NCBI RefSeq assembly: GCF_009914755.1
Contig: NC_060948.1
Length of the DNA: 64,000 nt
Source of the DNA: the human T2T-CHM13v2.0 reference genome, Homo sapiens
Reading direction: 5' to 3' (one strand)
Part shown: positions 10,420 to 24,800 of the stretch, piece after piece
Layout: each line of letters begins with the position of its first letter
How positions within the stretch are numbered: position 1 is the first letter of the stretch
Program-made: the position numbers and the translations under genes
Notes under the pieces: model-generated
Told to the model about the DNA's origin: nothing
Seen by the model: only the letters and a program-made list of their open reading frames with translations
The model's database searches: none

Positions 10420-11300
10420 GGTAGGGAGCAGACGGAGAGTGACGGAGGGTGACGGAGAGTGACGAAAGTAGACGATGTCTGACGGAGAAGAGCCGAGCGG
10501 AGCTGAAGGGCGGCGGAGAGTGACGGAAAGTGGCGAGAATTGACGGAAAGTGACGGGGACTGACGGACAGTGACGAAGAGTCACGAAATTTATCAGAGGG
10601 CGACAAAGAGGAAAGCGAAATGGTGAGATGCAGCCGGCCGAGCCTAATCGGAGATGACGGAAAGTGACGGAGAGGAACGAGGAGTAAAGAGGGGTGACGA
10701 AAAGAGCCGAAGCTGGTGGAGGCGAAGAACTGAGTGAGGGAAGATAGCCGAGATTAGCGGGTGGGCTGCAGCCGGGGCAGTCGCCCGAATGGGCGGGACC
10801 CCACGGAGTTAGCGAGAGGATGCGAACAGCGGCCAGCCGGGCAGCACGCGAGCGAGGGAGGGCGTGGAGGGCCGTGGGTCCGCCTGCACTGAGGCAGGCA
10901 TGGGTGGCACCGAGGTGACCCGGGTGGGAGGTGCACCGCCGCCCACTCGCAGGTTCTGCGCGGAGCCCAAGGCCGTCTTCTCCGCCCCTTTGCAGACCTC
11001 GGCGCCCAGCCTGGCCCCTGACGCCCACCCGCGGCCCCACCCAGCGCCCGGGCCCACGAGGCCGAGGAGCGGCGGAGACTAACGGCCCCTGGACCCCAGG
11101 CAGCACATGGCCCAGAGCATCCCAGCCCAGTGGAGGGCGGCACATGGCGGGAGGGCGGGAGTCTGTGTCCACTCATGGCCGAGGAGGGGAGGGCAAGTTC
11201 TGGTGGCTGGGGAGGCCTAGAGCATCACAGCCCAGTGGAGGGCTGCACATGGCAGGGGAGGGGAGAGCAAGAGTGTGCGGGCGAGGGAGGAGAGGGCAAG
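10420..11300. promoter_or_regulatory. CpG island, copy A, with a TGACG-rich 10-bp-period tract
   Basis: Visibly high GC and CpG density; 12 TGACG motifs at 10440-10699; GC boxes (GGGCGG). CpG o/e was not computed. Confidence 0.72.
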
Positions 11301-11392
11301 ACTGCGTGTCCGCTCCAGTCTCTCTTCCTCATCTTATAAAGCCACGAGTCCCATGACTGGGGACCCAACCTAATAACATTATCTAATCCTAA

Positions 11393-11792
<400 letters not shown>

Positions 11793-11958
11793 GCCTTGTG
11801 CTTTTAATCCCAGCACTTTCAGAGGCCAAGGCAGGCGATCAGCTGAGGTCAGGAGTTCAAGACCAGCCTGGCCAACATGGTGAAACCCCATCTCTAATAC
11901 AAATACAAAAAAAAAACAAAAAACGTTAGCCAGGAATGAGGCCCGGTGCTTGTAATCC

Positions 11959-12455
11959 TAAGGAAGGAGACCACCACTCCTCCTGCTGCCCTTCCCTTCC
12001 CCACACCGCTTCCTTAGTTTATAAAACAGGGAAAAAGGGAGAAAGCAAAAAGCTTAAAAAAAAAAAAAAACAGAAGTAAGATAAATAGCTAGATGACCTT
12101 GGCAGCACCACCCGACCCTGGTGGTTAAAATAATAATAATAATAATATTAACCCCTGACCTAAACTACTTGTGTTATCTGTAAATTCCAGACACTGTATG
12201 AGGAAGCCCTGCAAAACTTTCTGTTCTGTTATCTGATGCGTGTAGCCCCCAGTCACGTTCCCCACGCTTCCTCGATCTATCACAACCCTTTCACGTAAAC
12301 CCCTTAGAGTTGTAAACCCTTAAAAGGGCTAGGAATTTCGTTTTCGGGGAGCTTGGCTCTTCAGGCGCAAGTGTGCCGATGCTCCTGGCAGAGTAAAGCC
12401 CTTCCTTCTTTAACCCAGTGTCTGAGGAATTTTGTCTGCGGCTTGTCCTGCCACA
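11959..12455 (+). mobile_element. LTR2B-like solo LTR, full length
   Basis: TAAGGAAGGAGACC ... GTCTGCGGCTTGTCCTGCCACA; 4-bp TSD ATCC/ATGC within the host Alu. Confidence 0.88.
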
Positions 12456-12465
12456 ATGCCAGCTA

Positions 12466-12579
<114 letters not shown>

Positions 12580-12782
12580 TCAAAAAGAAAAGAAAAAAAA
12601 TTGCCAACACATGAAATCTGGAGAACACATTCAAGCAATAGCACCATATAAATCTGTACATACCTTGCAAACACTGTAAACCTGCCGCATCTCACCTGAG
12701 ACCAACCCCCAACTGCAAAACCCAGACCTGGAATTTTCCCAGGACCAAACCCATCTATATTCTGTAACCCGAAATCTCAAAG

Positions 12783-12802
12783 CCTAACCCTAACCCTAAC
12801 CC
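12783..12802 (-). repeat. Interstitial telomeric seed CC(TAACCC)3, copy B
   Basis: Direct reading. Confidence 0.9.
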
Positions 12803-12923
12803 CGACAGTTCAGGTCCCCCCGTCCCCGTAGCTCCAGCTCAAGACAACCTGCCCCTCCGTGGGTTTGCAGGCCCTTTGGTAGGGGTTGGGAGCTGGGGGC
12901 CACACACAGCTCTCTGAGCTTAA

Positions 12924-13193
<270 letters not shown>

Positions 13194-13719
13194 GAAGTAG
13201 TTCTTGAAATTCAAGAGGATCTGGAAGTTCTGGTCTCCTGTCAATATCCCTTTCTAAGATGAAATGTAGAATCCTCTAATCACCCCAGGATACCTTTTCC
13301 AGCTATATTACCCTTTCCTTTCAGCCGACTAGAGTGGAAGCTCAGCAAAGAACGGATCTATGCCTGCACACAGGCAGCTTTGAACTCACTGAGATCTATA
13401 GAAGAATTTTTTAAAATTTGCCAGAATGAAAAAGAAGTATCCTCCAGTGAGCCTCAAGGACAGCCAGGGAAGGCAGCTACTGGGACCTGCCACTGGCCAG
13501 GATTGAGAGAGTCTGAGGTGTCCATTCTCCTATGGATGGGTCACACATCAGAACTGAACCACAAACCCTTTCCTGCTCCCTTGGGACCAGGCTGCCACTC
13601 CTTCCTTCCCCTCACCTTGACCCTCCCATTCGGCCCCACCTGTCAGGATCACAAGGACCCCCAGATCAGCAGATGGGAACCGGACCAAAAAGAGAAATAG
13701 CGCTGTCCCGCCCAAAAGT

Positions 13720-15335
13720 ACCAACCCCAGACCCCCTGCTCCACCCTCCGAACCACAGGGAGACCCCATGCTCCACCCCTGAAAACCACACGCAGACCCC
13801 CGCTCCTCCTCTTAGGGCCATCCCCAGACCCCCCCTCCTACCCACGGGACCACACCCAGAACCCCCAGCTCCTCCCCTCGGGACCACCCCAGACCCCCGC
13901 TCCTCCCCTCGGGACCACCCCCAGACCCCCTGCTCCTCCTCTTAGGACCATCCCCAGACCCCCCCTTCTACCCACGGGACCACACCCAGAACCCCCCGCT
14001 CCTCCCCTCGGGACCACCCCAGACCCCCGCTCCTCCCCTCGGGACCACCCCAGACCCCCGCTCCTCCCCTCGGGACCACCCCAGACCCCCGCTCCTCCCC
14101 TCGGGACCACCCCAGACCCCCGCTCCTCCCCTCGGGACCACCCCAGACCCCCGCTCCTCCTCTTAGGACCATCCCCAGACCCCCCCTTCTACCCACGGGA
14201 CCACACCCAGAACCCCCCGCTCCTCCCCTCGGGACCACCCCAGACCCCCGCTCCTCCCCTCGGGACCACCCCAGACCCCCGCTCCTCCCCTCGGGACCAC
14301 CCCAGACCCCCGCTCCTCCCCTCGGGACCACCCCAGACCCCCGCTCCTCCCCTCGGGACCACCCCCAGACCCCCTGCTCCTCCTCTTAGGACCATCCCCA
14401 GATCCCCCCTCCTACCCACGGGACCACACCCAGAACCCCCAGCTCCTCCCCTCGGGACCACCTCAGACCCCCGCTCCTCCCCTCGGGACCACACCCAGAA
14501 CCCCCAGCTCCTCCCCTCGGGACCACACCCAGACCCCCCCTCCTACCCACGGGACCACACCCAGAACCCCCAGCTCCTCCCCTCGGGACCACCCCAGACC
14601 CCCGCTCCTCCCCTCGGGACCACCCCAGACCCCCGCTCCTCCCCTCGGGACCACCCCCAGACCCCCTGCTCCTCCTCTTAGGACCATCCCCAGACCCCCC
14701 CTCCTACCCACGGGACCACACCCAGAACCCCCAGCTCCTCCCCTCGGGACCACACCCAGACCCCCCCTCCTACCCACGGGACCACACCCAGAACCCCCAG
14801 CTCCTCCCCTCGGGACCACCCCAGACCCCCGCTCCTCCCCTCGGGACCACCCCAGACCCCCGCTCCTCCCCTCGGGACCACCCCAGACCCCCGCTCCTCC
14901 CCTCGGGACCACCCCAGACCCCCGCTCCTCCCCTCGGGACCACCCCAGACCCCCGCTCCTCCCCTCGGGACCACCCCCAGACCCCCTGCTCCTCCTCTTA
15001 GGACCATCCCCAGACCCCCCCTCCTACCCACGGGACCACACCCAGAACCCCCAGCTCCTCCCCTCGGGACCACCTCAGACCCCCGCTCCTCCCCTCGGGA
15101 CCACCCCAGACCCCCGCTCCTCCCCTCGGGACCACCCCAGACCCCCTGCTCCCATTTTCCAGACCACACCAGACGGCTTCTTCCCTCGGCACCACCCCCA
15201 GACTGCCGCTCCTCCTATCGGGACCTCCTCGGGGCCATCTCCAGACCCTCCCCCCGCTCCACCCCTCGGGTCCCTCTCGGGACCACCCTCAGACCCCCGC
15301 TCCTTCCCTCGGGATCACCTCGAGACCTCCCGCTC
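13720..15335. repeat. C-rich 31-33-bp minisatellite, block 2 (DXYS14/29C1-type VNTR)
   Basis: Many perfect 31-mers CCCCCGCTCCTCCCCTCGGGACCACCCCAGA interspersed with CTCTTAGGACCATC and CTACCCACGGGACCACACC variant units. Confidence 0.92.
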
Positions 15336-15534
15336 ACCACCATCATTCAGGCCGGGTAGTGGGGAGAGGCCTCTCAGGAGGGACCAGGCCACCCTCCCAG
15401 GAGTGAAGGGAGGAGGACAGAGTCACGAGCAGACCAGAAATAACCAGGGACTGACAGACAGCAGGATCGGAGAGGGACGGAAAAGGGCTAAGGGCAGGAA
15501 AAGTCCCTGAGGCTTTCTCCACCCGGAGTGCGGG

Positions 15535-16370
15535 GTAGGGAGCAGACGGAGAGTGACGGAGGGTGACGGAGAGTGACGAAAGTAGACGATGTCTGACGGA
15601 GAAGAGCCGAGCGGAGCTGAAGGGCGGCGGAGAGCGACGGAAAGTGGCGAGAATTGACGGAAAGTGACGGGGACTGACGGACAGTGACGAAGAGTCACGA
15701 AATTTATCAGAGGGCGACAAAGAGGAAAGCGAAATGGTGAGATGCAGCCGGCCGAGCCTATTCGGAGATGACGGAAAGTGACGGAGAGGAACGGGGAGTA
15801 AAGAGGGGTGACGAAAAGAGCCGAAGCTGGTGGAGGCGAAGAACTGAGTGAGGGAAGATAGCCGAGATTAGCGGGTGGGCTGCAGCCGGGGCAGTCGCCC
15901 GAATGGGCGGGACCCCACGGAGTTAGCGAGAGGATGCGAACAGCGGCCAGCCGGGCAGCACGCGAGCGAGGGAGGGCGTGGAGGGCCGTGGGTCCGCCTG
16001 CACTGAGGCAGGCATGGGTGGCACCGAGGTGACCCGGGTGGGAGGTGCACCGCCGCCCACTCGCAGGTTCTGCGCGGAGCCCAAGGCCGTCTTCTCCGCC
16101 CCTTTGCAGACCTCGGCGCCCAGCCTGGCCCCTGACGCCCACCCGCGGCCCCACCCAGCGCCCGGGCCCACGAGGCCGAGGAGCGGCGGAGGCTCGCGGC
16201 CCCTGGACCGCAGACCGCGTTCCCGGAGCCCGGCCGAGCCCCGAGTGGGGCCCTCGCGCGGACTGAGAGGGCGGCGGAGGGGCCACGGGGTCCTGCCCAG
16301 CCCGCATCGCGCATGCTGCTCGGGACCGGCGGCTGCCTTGGGCCAACCCTGTTCCCGCAGCGACCCCCCT
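15535..16370. promoter_or_regulatory. CpG island, copy B, with TGACG-rich tract
   Basis: Near-identical to 10420-11095 and continues GC-rich to ~16370. Confidence 0.72.
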
Positions 16371-16648
16371 ACTCTTCTGACACGTTCCCATTTTGCTGAA
16401 GACACTTGGAGCCAGTGTCATCTTTGTGACTGTACCGTTGCGTGTTCGGGGTGCACTCTGCCGTATTCTCTTTGCAGAGCACCTAAGGAAGCAGGCGTCG
16501 TGCCTAAGAACGTGAGTGCTGCAAAAAGGGTGGTTTGTTCCAATCCAACCTTGACCGCTCCTGGCCCTCCCGCATGGGTCAAGCTCACTAAACGTCTCTG
16601 TGCCTCCATTTCCTCGGCAGAAGAACAGGGACAGTAAATGTACCCGTC

Positions 16649-17010
16649 TGTATGAGTGTTCAGGGCCGCCATAAGGTACCAAGACTGGAGGGCTTCACTG
16701 AAAATTATCTTCCCACAGACCTGGAGGCTGAGGTCCGAGAGCAAGGTGTTGTCAGCAGGGCTGGTTTCTCCTCTCCTCGGCTTGCGGACGCCGTCTGGTG
16801 TACGCTCATAGGGTCTTTTCACTGTGCACAAGTATCCCTATCGTCTCTTCTGTGTGTGTCCACACTTCCTCTCATGAGAACAGCAGGTTGCTTTAGGGCC
16901 CACCCTGACAGCCTCGTTCTAATACTATGAGGCCAAATACACTCACGTTCTGAGGCAGTGGGGGTTAGGGCTTCAACATCGACATCCGAGACTGGGAGAT
17001 GATAAATTCC
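16649..17010 (-). mobile_element. MLT1B/C-like MaLR LTR
   Basis: TGTATGAGT...GGGCCGCCATAA...GCAGGGCTGGTTTCTCCT...TTAGGGCCCACCCT...GGGGGTTAGGGCTTCAACAT resembles reverse MLT1. Confidence 0.72.
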
Positions 17011-17226
17011 TGTTGACGTACCCACCCGGTTTCTGGTCACTGGTTATGGCAGCCCCCAGGAAACCAGCCCACAGAAACAGCAGTCCCTCCACTTGGTTCT
17101 GATCCAGGATGAAGCCGGTGTAGACCGCCAGCGTTTGGGGAATGTGAATGCCTGATACGAAGGAATTCTTTGTGCCATATTGTTGCCTTAATGTAACTGT
17201 GAAGTTGCGTCAAAATAAACATTAAT

Positions 17227-17555
<329 letters not shown>

Positions 17556-18163
17556 TCATATATATTCTCGCCAAGGCGACACACCAGCTAATTACTGTGT
17601 CGACTCCTTTGTTTTGGGCTCGATTTTATGAACTTGGTGCAGTAACACCTGCCGTTTACCTCTGGCCTATCCAAAGCCCAGATAAGCACAGGCAACAAAA
17701 GCACAAATAGACAAATGGTCCAACTTCGAGGTTAAACATTTCTGCACAGGAAACAACAGTGGAAAGGCAAGACATGGAATAAGAGGAAATAACTGCAGAT
17801 TATATGTCTGGTACGTCGGATATTCGTCCAGCACATATAAAGAGCTCCTGCAACTGAACAATTGAAAAACAAGTTAACTGATTGAAAAATGAGCAAACGA
17901 CCTGAATAGATATTTCTCCAGAAAAGATATACAAGTAGCAAACAAACATGGAAGGATCCTCAACATCAGTAATCATTAGAGAAATACACATCAAAACCAC
18001 AGTGATAGCACCTCACATCCATGAAATGCTACAGTGAAACAAAAATAGTGTTAACAAGGATGTGTGGAAATTGGAGCCCTCGTGGATTGCCTGTAGGACT
18101 AGAAAATGGTGTGGCCACCGTGGAAAACACTATGGAGCCTCCTCAAAAAAGCACTAAATATCA

Positions 18164-18825
<662 letters not shown>

Positions 18826-18958
18826 TCACATTACTTCTCCGACTAAATCCAAAAAGATTGAAAGCAGAGTCTGGAAGGGATTATTGCACAACCGTGGTCG
18901 TTACAGCAGTATTCACAATAGCCAAAAGATGGAAGCAGCCCGGTGCCCATGATCGCAT

Positions 18959-19914
<956 letters not shown>

Positions 19915-20263
19915 GCATGACTGGAAAAAGAAAATGTGGTTCATCCATATAATGAAATATGAATCAGCCCTAAAAAGGAAGGAATGATGAGACAGGCTAC
20001 CACATGGACTCACCTGTTGTTAACAAGATAAGCCAGACAAAAAAGTGCTGTGTGATCCCACTCCTATGAGGTCTCTGGAAGAGTGGAATTCATAGAGACA
20101 GACAGTAGAATGGTGGGTGCCAGGGGCCGGGGGAATGGGGCACCCTGGTTTGATGTGGACACAGTTTCTGTTTTGTAAGATGAAGAAGTTGTAAACATCT
20201 GTTATACAACAATGCGGATATGATGAACACTGCTGAAGTGTATCCTTAAAAATACTTTAAAGG

Positions 20264-20572
<309 letters not shown>

Positions 20573-20614
20573 TTATGTTATGTGGCTTTTACCTCCATTA
20601 AAAATAAAAATAAA

Positions 20615-20915
20615 GGCTGAATGTGGTAGCTTACCCCTGTAATCCGAGCACTTTGGGAGGCCAAAGCAGGACGATTACTTGAGCTCAGAAGTGTGAGACC
20701 AGCCTGGACAACTTGGTGAGACCCCATCTCTACTAGAAATTTTTTTTTAATTGGCTGAGTGTGATGGTGTGCACCTATAATCCCCAGATACTCAGGAGGC
20801 TGAGGCAAGAGGATTGCTTGAGCCTAGGAGCGGGGGGCTGTGGTGAGCCATGATGGTACCATTGCACTCCAGCCTGGGTGACAGAGTGAGACCCTGCCTC
20901 AAAAAAAAAAAAAAA
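20615..20915 (+). mobile_element. AluJ element
   Basis: GGATTGCTTGAGCCTAGGAG...GTGAGCCATGAT...GAGTGAGACCCTG plus poly-A. Confidence 0.88.
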
Positions 20916-21063
20916 TTAAATTAAGAAAAATTTAAAAGGCCAGGCTAATGATATATTTCTTTTATTAATAAACGTGGGAACCTTAATTTAACATAATGTC
21001 AATAAACATGATTATGGTTCTTCCAAATTTGGGGTCCCTGGTGAGAGAAAAAGAATAAGATAG

Positions 21064-21372
<309 letters not shown>

Positions 21373-21838
21373 TCAGGGTGAAGAATTTGGATACTGCTTG
21401 ACTGGAGGCCACCTGGGGCCACTTCAGCTCTAGTTTCTGTGGTTTACGGCCACAGTGGTGTCTTCCCTGCAACGTTCTCGTGGGTGCCGTATTGACAAAA
21501 CATTAAAACGAGATGGGGTCCCTGCGAGACTCCCGAGGGAGGGAGCAGGAAGATCCGTGCGGCACCGCGAAGGTACAGCATGTTCTCCACAACTCTCCCA
21601 GGCCACAAAGAAAGATGAGTCAGTGGGCTCTGAATTCTCCAGCACAGACAGGGGACGAGTCAAAGGGCTCCCAATCGGACTTGAAGAGATCACGCAGGAA
21701 GTCCTGACGTTCACGGCGAGCAGGGCTCTGTGTAGGCCAACATGCCAGCACTGTGAGGATAATATTTTTTAATCCCCCGTTTCCTTGAGCGGCCCCAGAA
21801 AACTTACACACACCCTGTTCTGCAGACTCCTGGGAGTG

Positions 21839-24800
21839 TAGGTCTCATTAAGGGCAGATAGAGACCAGACTGTGCAACCTTTAGAATCTGCATTGGGCCT
21901 AGGTCTCATTGAGGGCAGGTAGAGAGCCGACTGTGCAACCTTTAGAGTCTGCATTGGGCCAAGGTCTCATTGAGGTCAGATAGAGAGCACACTGTGCAAC
22001 CTTTAGAGACTGCATTGAGCCTGGGTCTCATTGAGGACAGATAGAGAGCAGACTGTGCAACCTTTAGAGTCTGCATTGGGCCTACGTCTCATTGAGGGCA
22101 GATAGAGAACAGACGGTGCAACCTTTACAGTCTGCATTGGGCCTAGGTCTCATTGAGGGCAGGTAGAGAGCCGACTGTACAACCTTTAGAGTCTGCATTG
22201 GGCCTAGGTCTCATTGAGGGCAGATAGAGAGCAGACGGTGCAACCTTTAGAGTCTGCATTGGGCCTAGGTCTCATTGAGGACAGATAGAGAGCAGACTGT
22301 GCAACCTTTAGAGACTGCATTGAGCCTGAGTCTCATTGAGGACAGATAGAGAGCAGACTGTGCAACCATTAGAGTCTGCATTGGGCCTAGGTCTCATTGA
22401 GGGCACATAGAGAGCAGACTGTGCAACCTTTAGAGTCTGCATTGGGCCTAGGTCTCATTGAGGACAGATAGAGAGCAGACTGTGCAACCTTTAGAGTCTG
22501 CATTGGGTCTAGGGCCCATTGAGGGCAGACAGAGAGCAGACTGTGCAAACTTTAGAGTCAGCATTGGGCCTAGGTCTCATTGAAGACAGATAGAGAGCAG
22601 ACTGTGCAACCTTTAGAGTCCGAATTGGGCCTCGGTCTCATTGAGGACCGATGGAGAGCAGACTGTGCAACCTTTAGAGTCTGCATTGGGCCTGGGTCTC
22701 ACTGAGGACAAATAGAGAGCAGACTGTGCAACCTTTAGGGACTGCATTGGACCTAGGTCTCATTGAGGACAGATAGAGAGCAGACTAGGCAACCTTTAGA
22801 GTCGGCACTGGGCCTAGGTCTCATTGAGGACACATATAGAGCAGACTGTGCAACCTTTACAGTCTGCATTGGGCCTGGGTCTCATTGAGGACAGATAGAG
22901 ACCAGACTGTGCAACCTTTAGAGTCTGCATTGGGCCTAGGTCTCATTGAGGGCAGATAGAGAGCAGACTGTGCAACCTTTAGAGTCTGCACTGGGCCTAG
23001 GTCTCATTGAGGACAGATAGAGAGCAGACTGTGCAACCTTTAGAGTCTGCATTGGGCCTAGGTCTCATTGAGAGCAGATAGAGAGCATACTGTGCAACCT
23101 TTAGAGTCGGCATTGGGCCTAGGTCTCATTGAGGACAGATAGAGACCAGACTGTGCAACCTTTAGAGTCTGCATTGGGCCTAGGTCTCATTGAGGACAGA
23201 TAGAGAGCAGACTAGGCAACCATTAGAGTCGGCACTGGTCCTAGGTCTCATTGAGGACAGATATAGAGCAGACTGTGCAACCTTTAGAGTCTGCATTGTG
23301 CCTGGGTCTCATTGAGGACAGATAGAGAGCAGACTGTGCAACCTTTAGAGTCTGCACTGGGCCTAGGTCTCATTGAGGACAGATAGAGAGCAGACTGTGC
23401 AACCTCTAGAGTCTGCATTGGGCCTAGGTCTCATTGAGGGCATTTAGAGAGCAGACTGCGCAACCTTTAGAGTCTGCATTGGGCCTAGGTCTCATTGAGA
23501 GCAGATAGAGAGCACACTGTGCAACCACTAGAGTCGGCATTGGGCCTAGGTCTCATTGAGGACAGATAGAGACCAGACTGTGCAAACTTTAGAGTCTGCA
23601 TTGGGCCTAGGTCTCATTGAGGACAGATAGAGGGCAGACTGTGCAACCTTTAGAGTCTGCATTGGGCCTAGGTCTCATTGTGGACCGATACAGAGCAGAC
23701 TGTGCAACCTTTAGAGTCTGCACTGGGCCTAGGTCTCATTGAGGGCAGATAGAGAGCACACTGTGTAACCTTTAGAGTCTGCATAGGGCCTCGGTCTCAT
23801 TGAGGACCGATAGAGAGCAGACTGTGCAATCTTTAGAGTCTGCATTGGGCCTGGGTCTCATTGAAGACAGATAGAGACCAGACTGTGCAACCTTTAGAGT
23901 TTGCATTGGACCTAGGTCTCATTGAGGGCAGATAGAGAGCAAACTGTGCAACCTTTAGAGTCTGCATTGGGCCTAGGTCTCATTGAGGACAGATAGAGAG
24001 CAGACTGTGCAACCTTTAGAGTCTGCACTGGGCCTAGGTCTCTTTGAGGACAGACAGAGAGCAGACTGTGCAAACTTTAGAGTCTGCACTGGGCCTAGGT
24101 GTCATTGAGGACAGAAAGAGACCAGACTGTGCAACCTTTAGAGTCTGCATTGGGCCTAGGTCTCCTTGAGGTCAGATAGACAGCAGACTGTGCAACCTTT
24201 AGAGTCTGCATTGGGCCTAGGTCTAATTGCGGACAGATAGAGAGCAGACTATGCAACGTTTAGAGTCTGCATTGGGCCTGGGTCTCATTCAGGACAGATA
24301 GAGAGCAGACTGTGCAACCTTTAGAGTCTCTATTGGGCCTAGGTCTCATTGAGGACAGATAGAGAGCGGACTGTGCAACCTTTAGAGTCTGCATTGGGCC
24401 TAGGTCTCATTGAGGGCAGATAGAGAGCAGGCTCGGCAACCCTTAGAGTCTGCATTGGGCCTAGATCTTATTGAGGACAGATAGAGAGCATACTATGCAA
24501 CCTTTAGAGTCTGCATTGGGCCTAGGTCTCATTGAGGACACATAGAGAGCAGACTGTGCAACCTTTAGAGTCTGCATTGGGCCTATGTCTCATTGAGGAC
24601 AGTTAGAGAGCAGACTGTGCAACCTTTAGAGTCTGCATTTGGCCTAGGTCTCATTGAGGACAGAAACAGACCAGAGTGTGCAACCTTTAGAGTCAGCATT
24701 GGGCCTAGGTCTCATTGAGGACAGATAGAGAGCAGACTGTAGAAACTTTATAGTCTGCATTGGGCCTAGGTCTCATTGAGGTCAGATAGAGAGCAGACTG

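Larger units (their letters stand above)
7897..11095 (+). repeat. Segmental duplication, distal copy A (paralogue of 11945-16209)
   Basis: Same order of LTR2B, telomeric seed, (CCTT)n, AluJ, minisatellite and CpG island; ORF track shows near-identical peptides at offset 5114 (10229 vs 15343). Confidence 0.95.
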
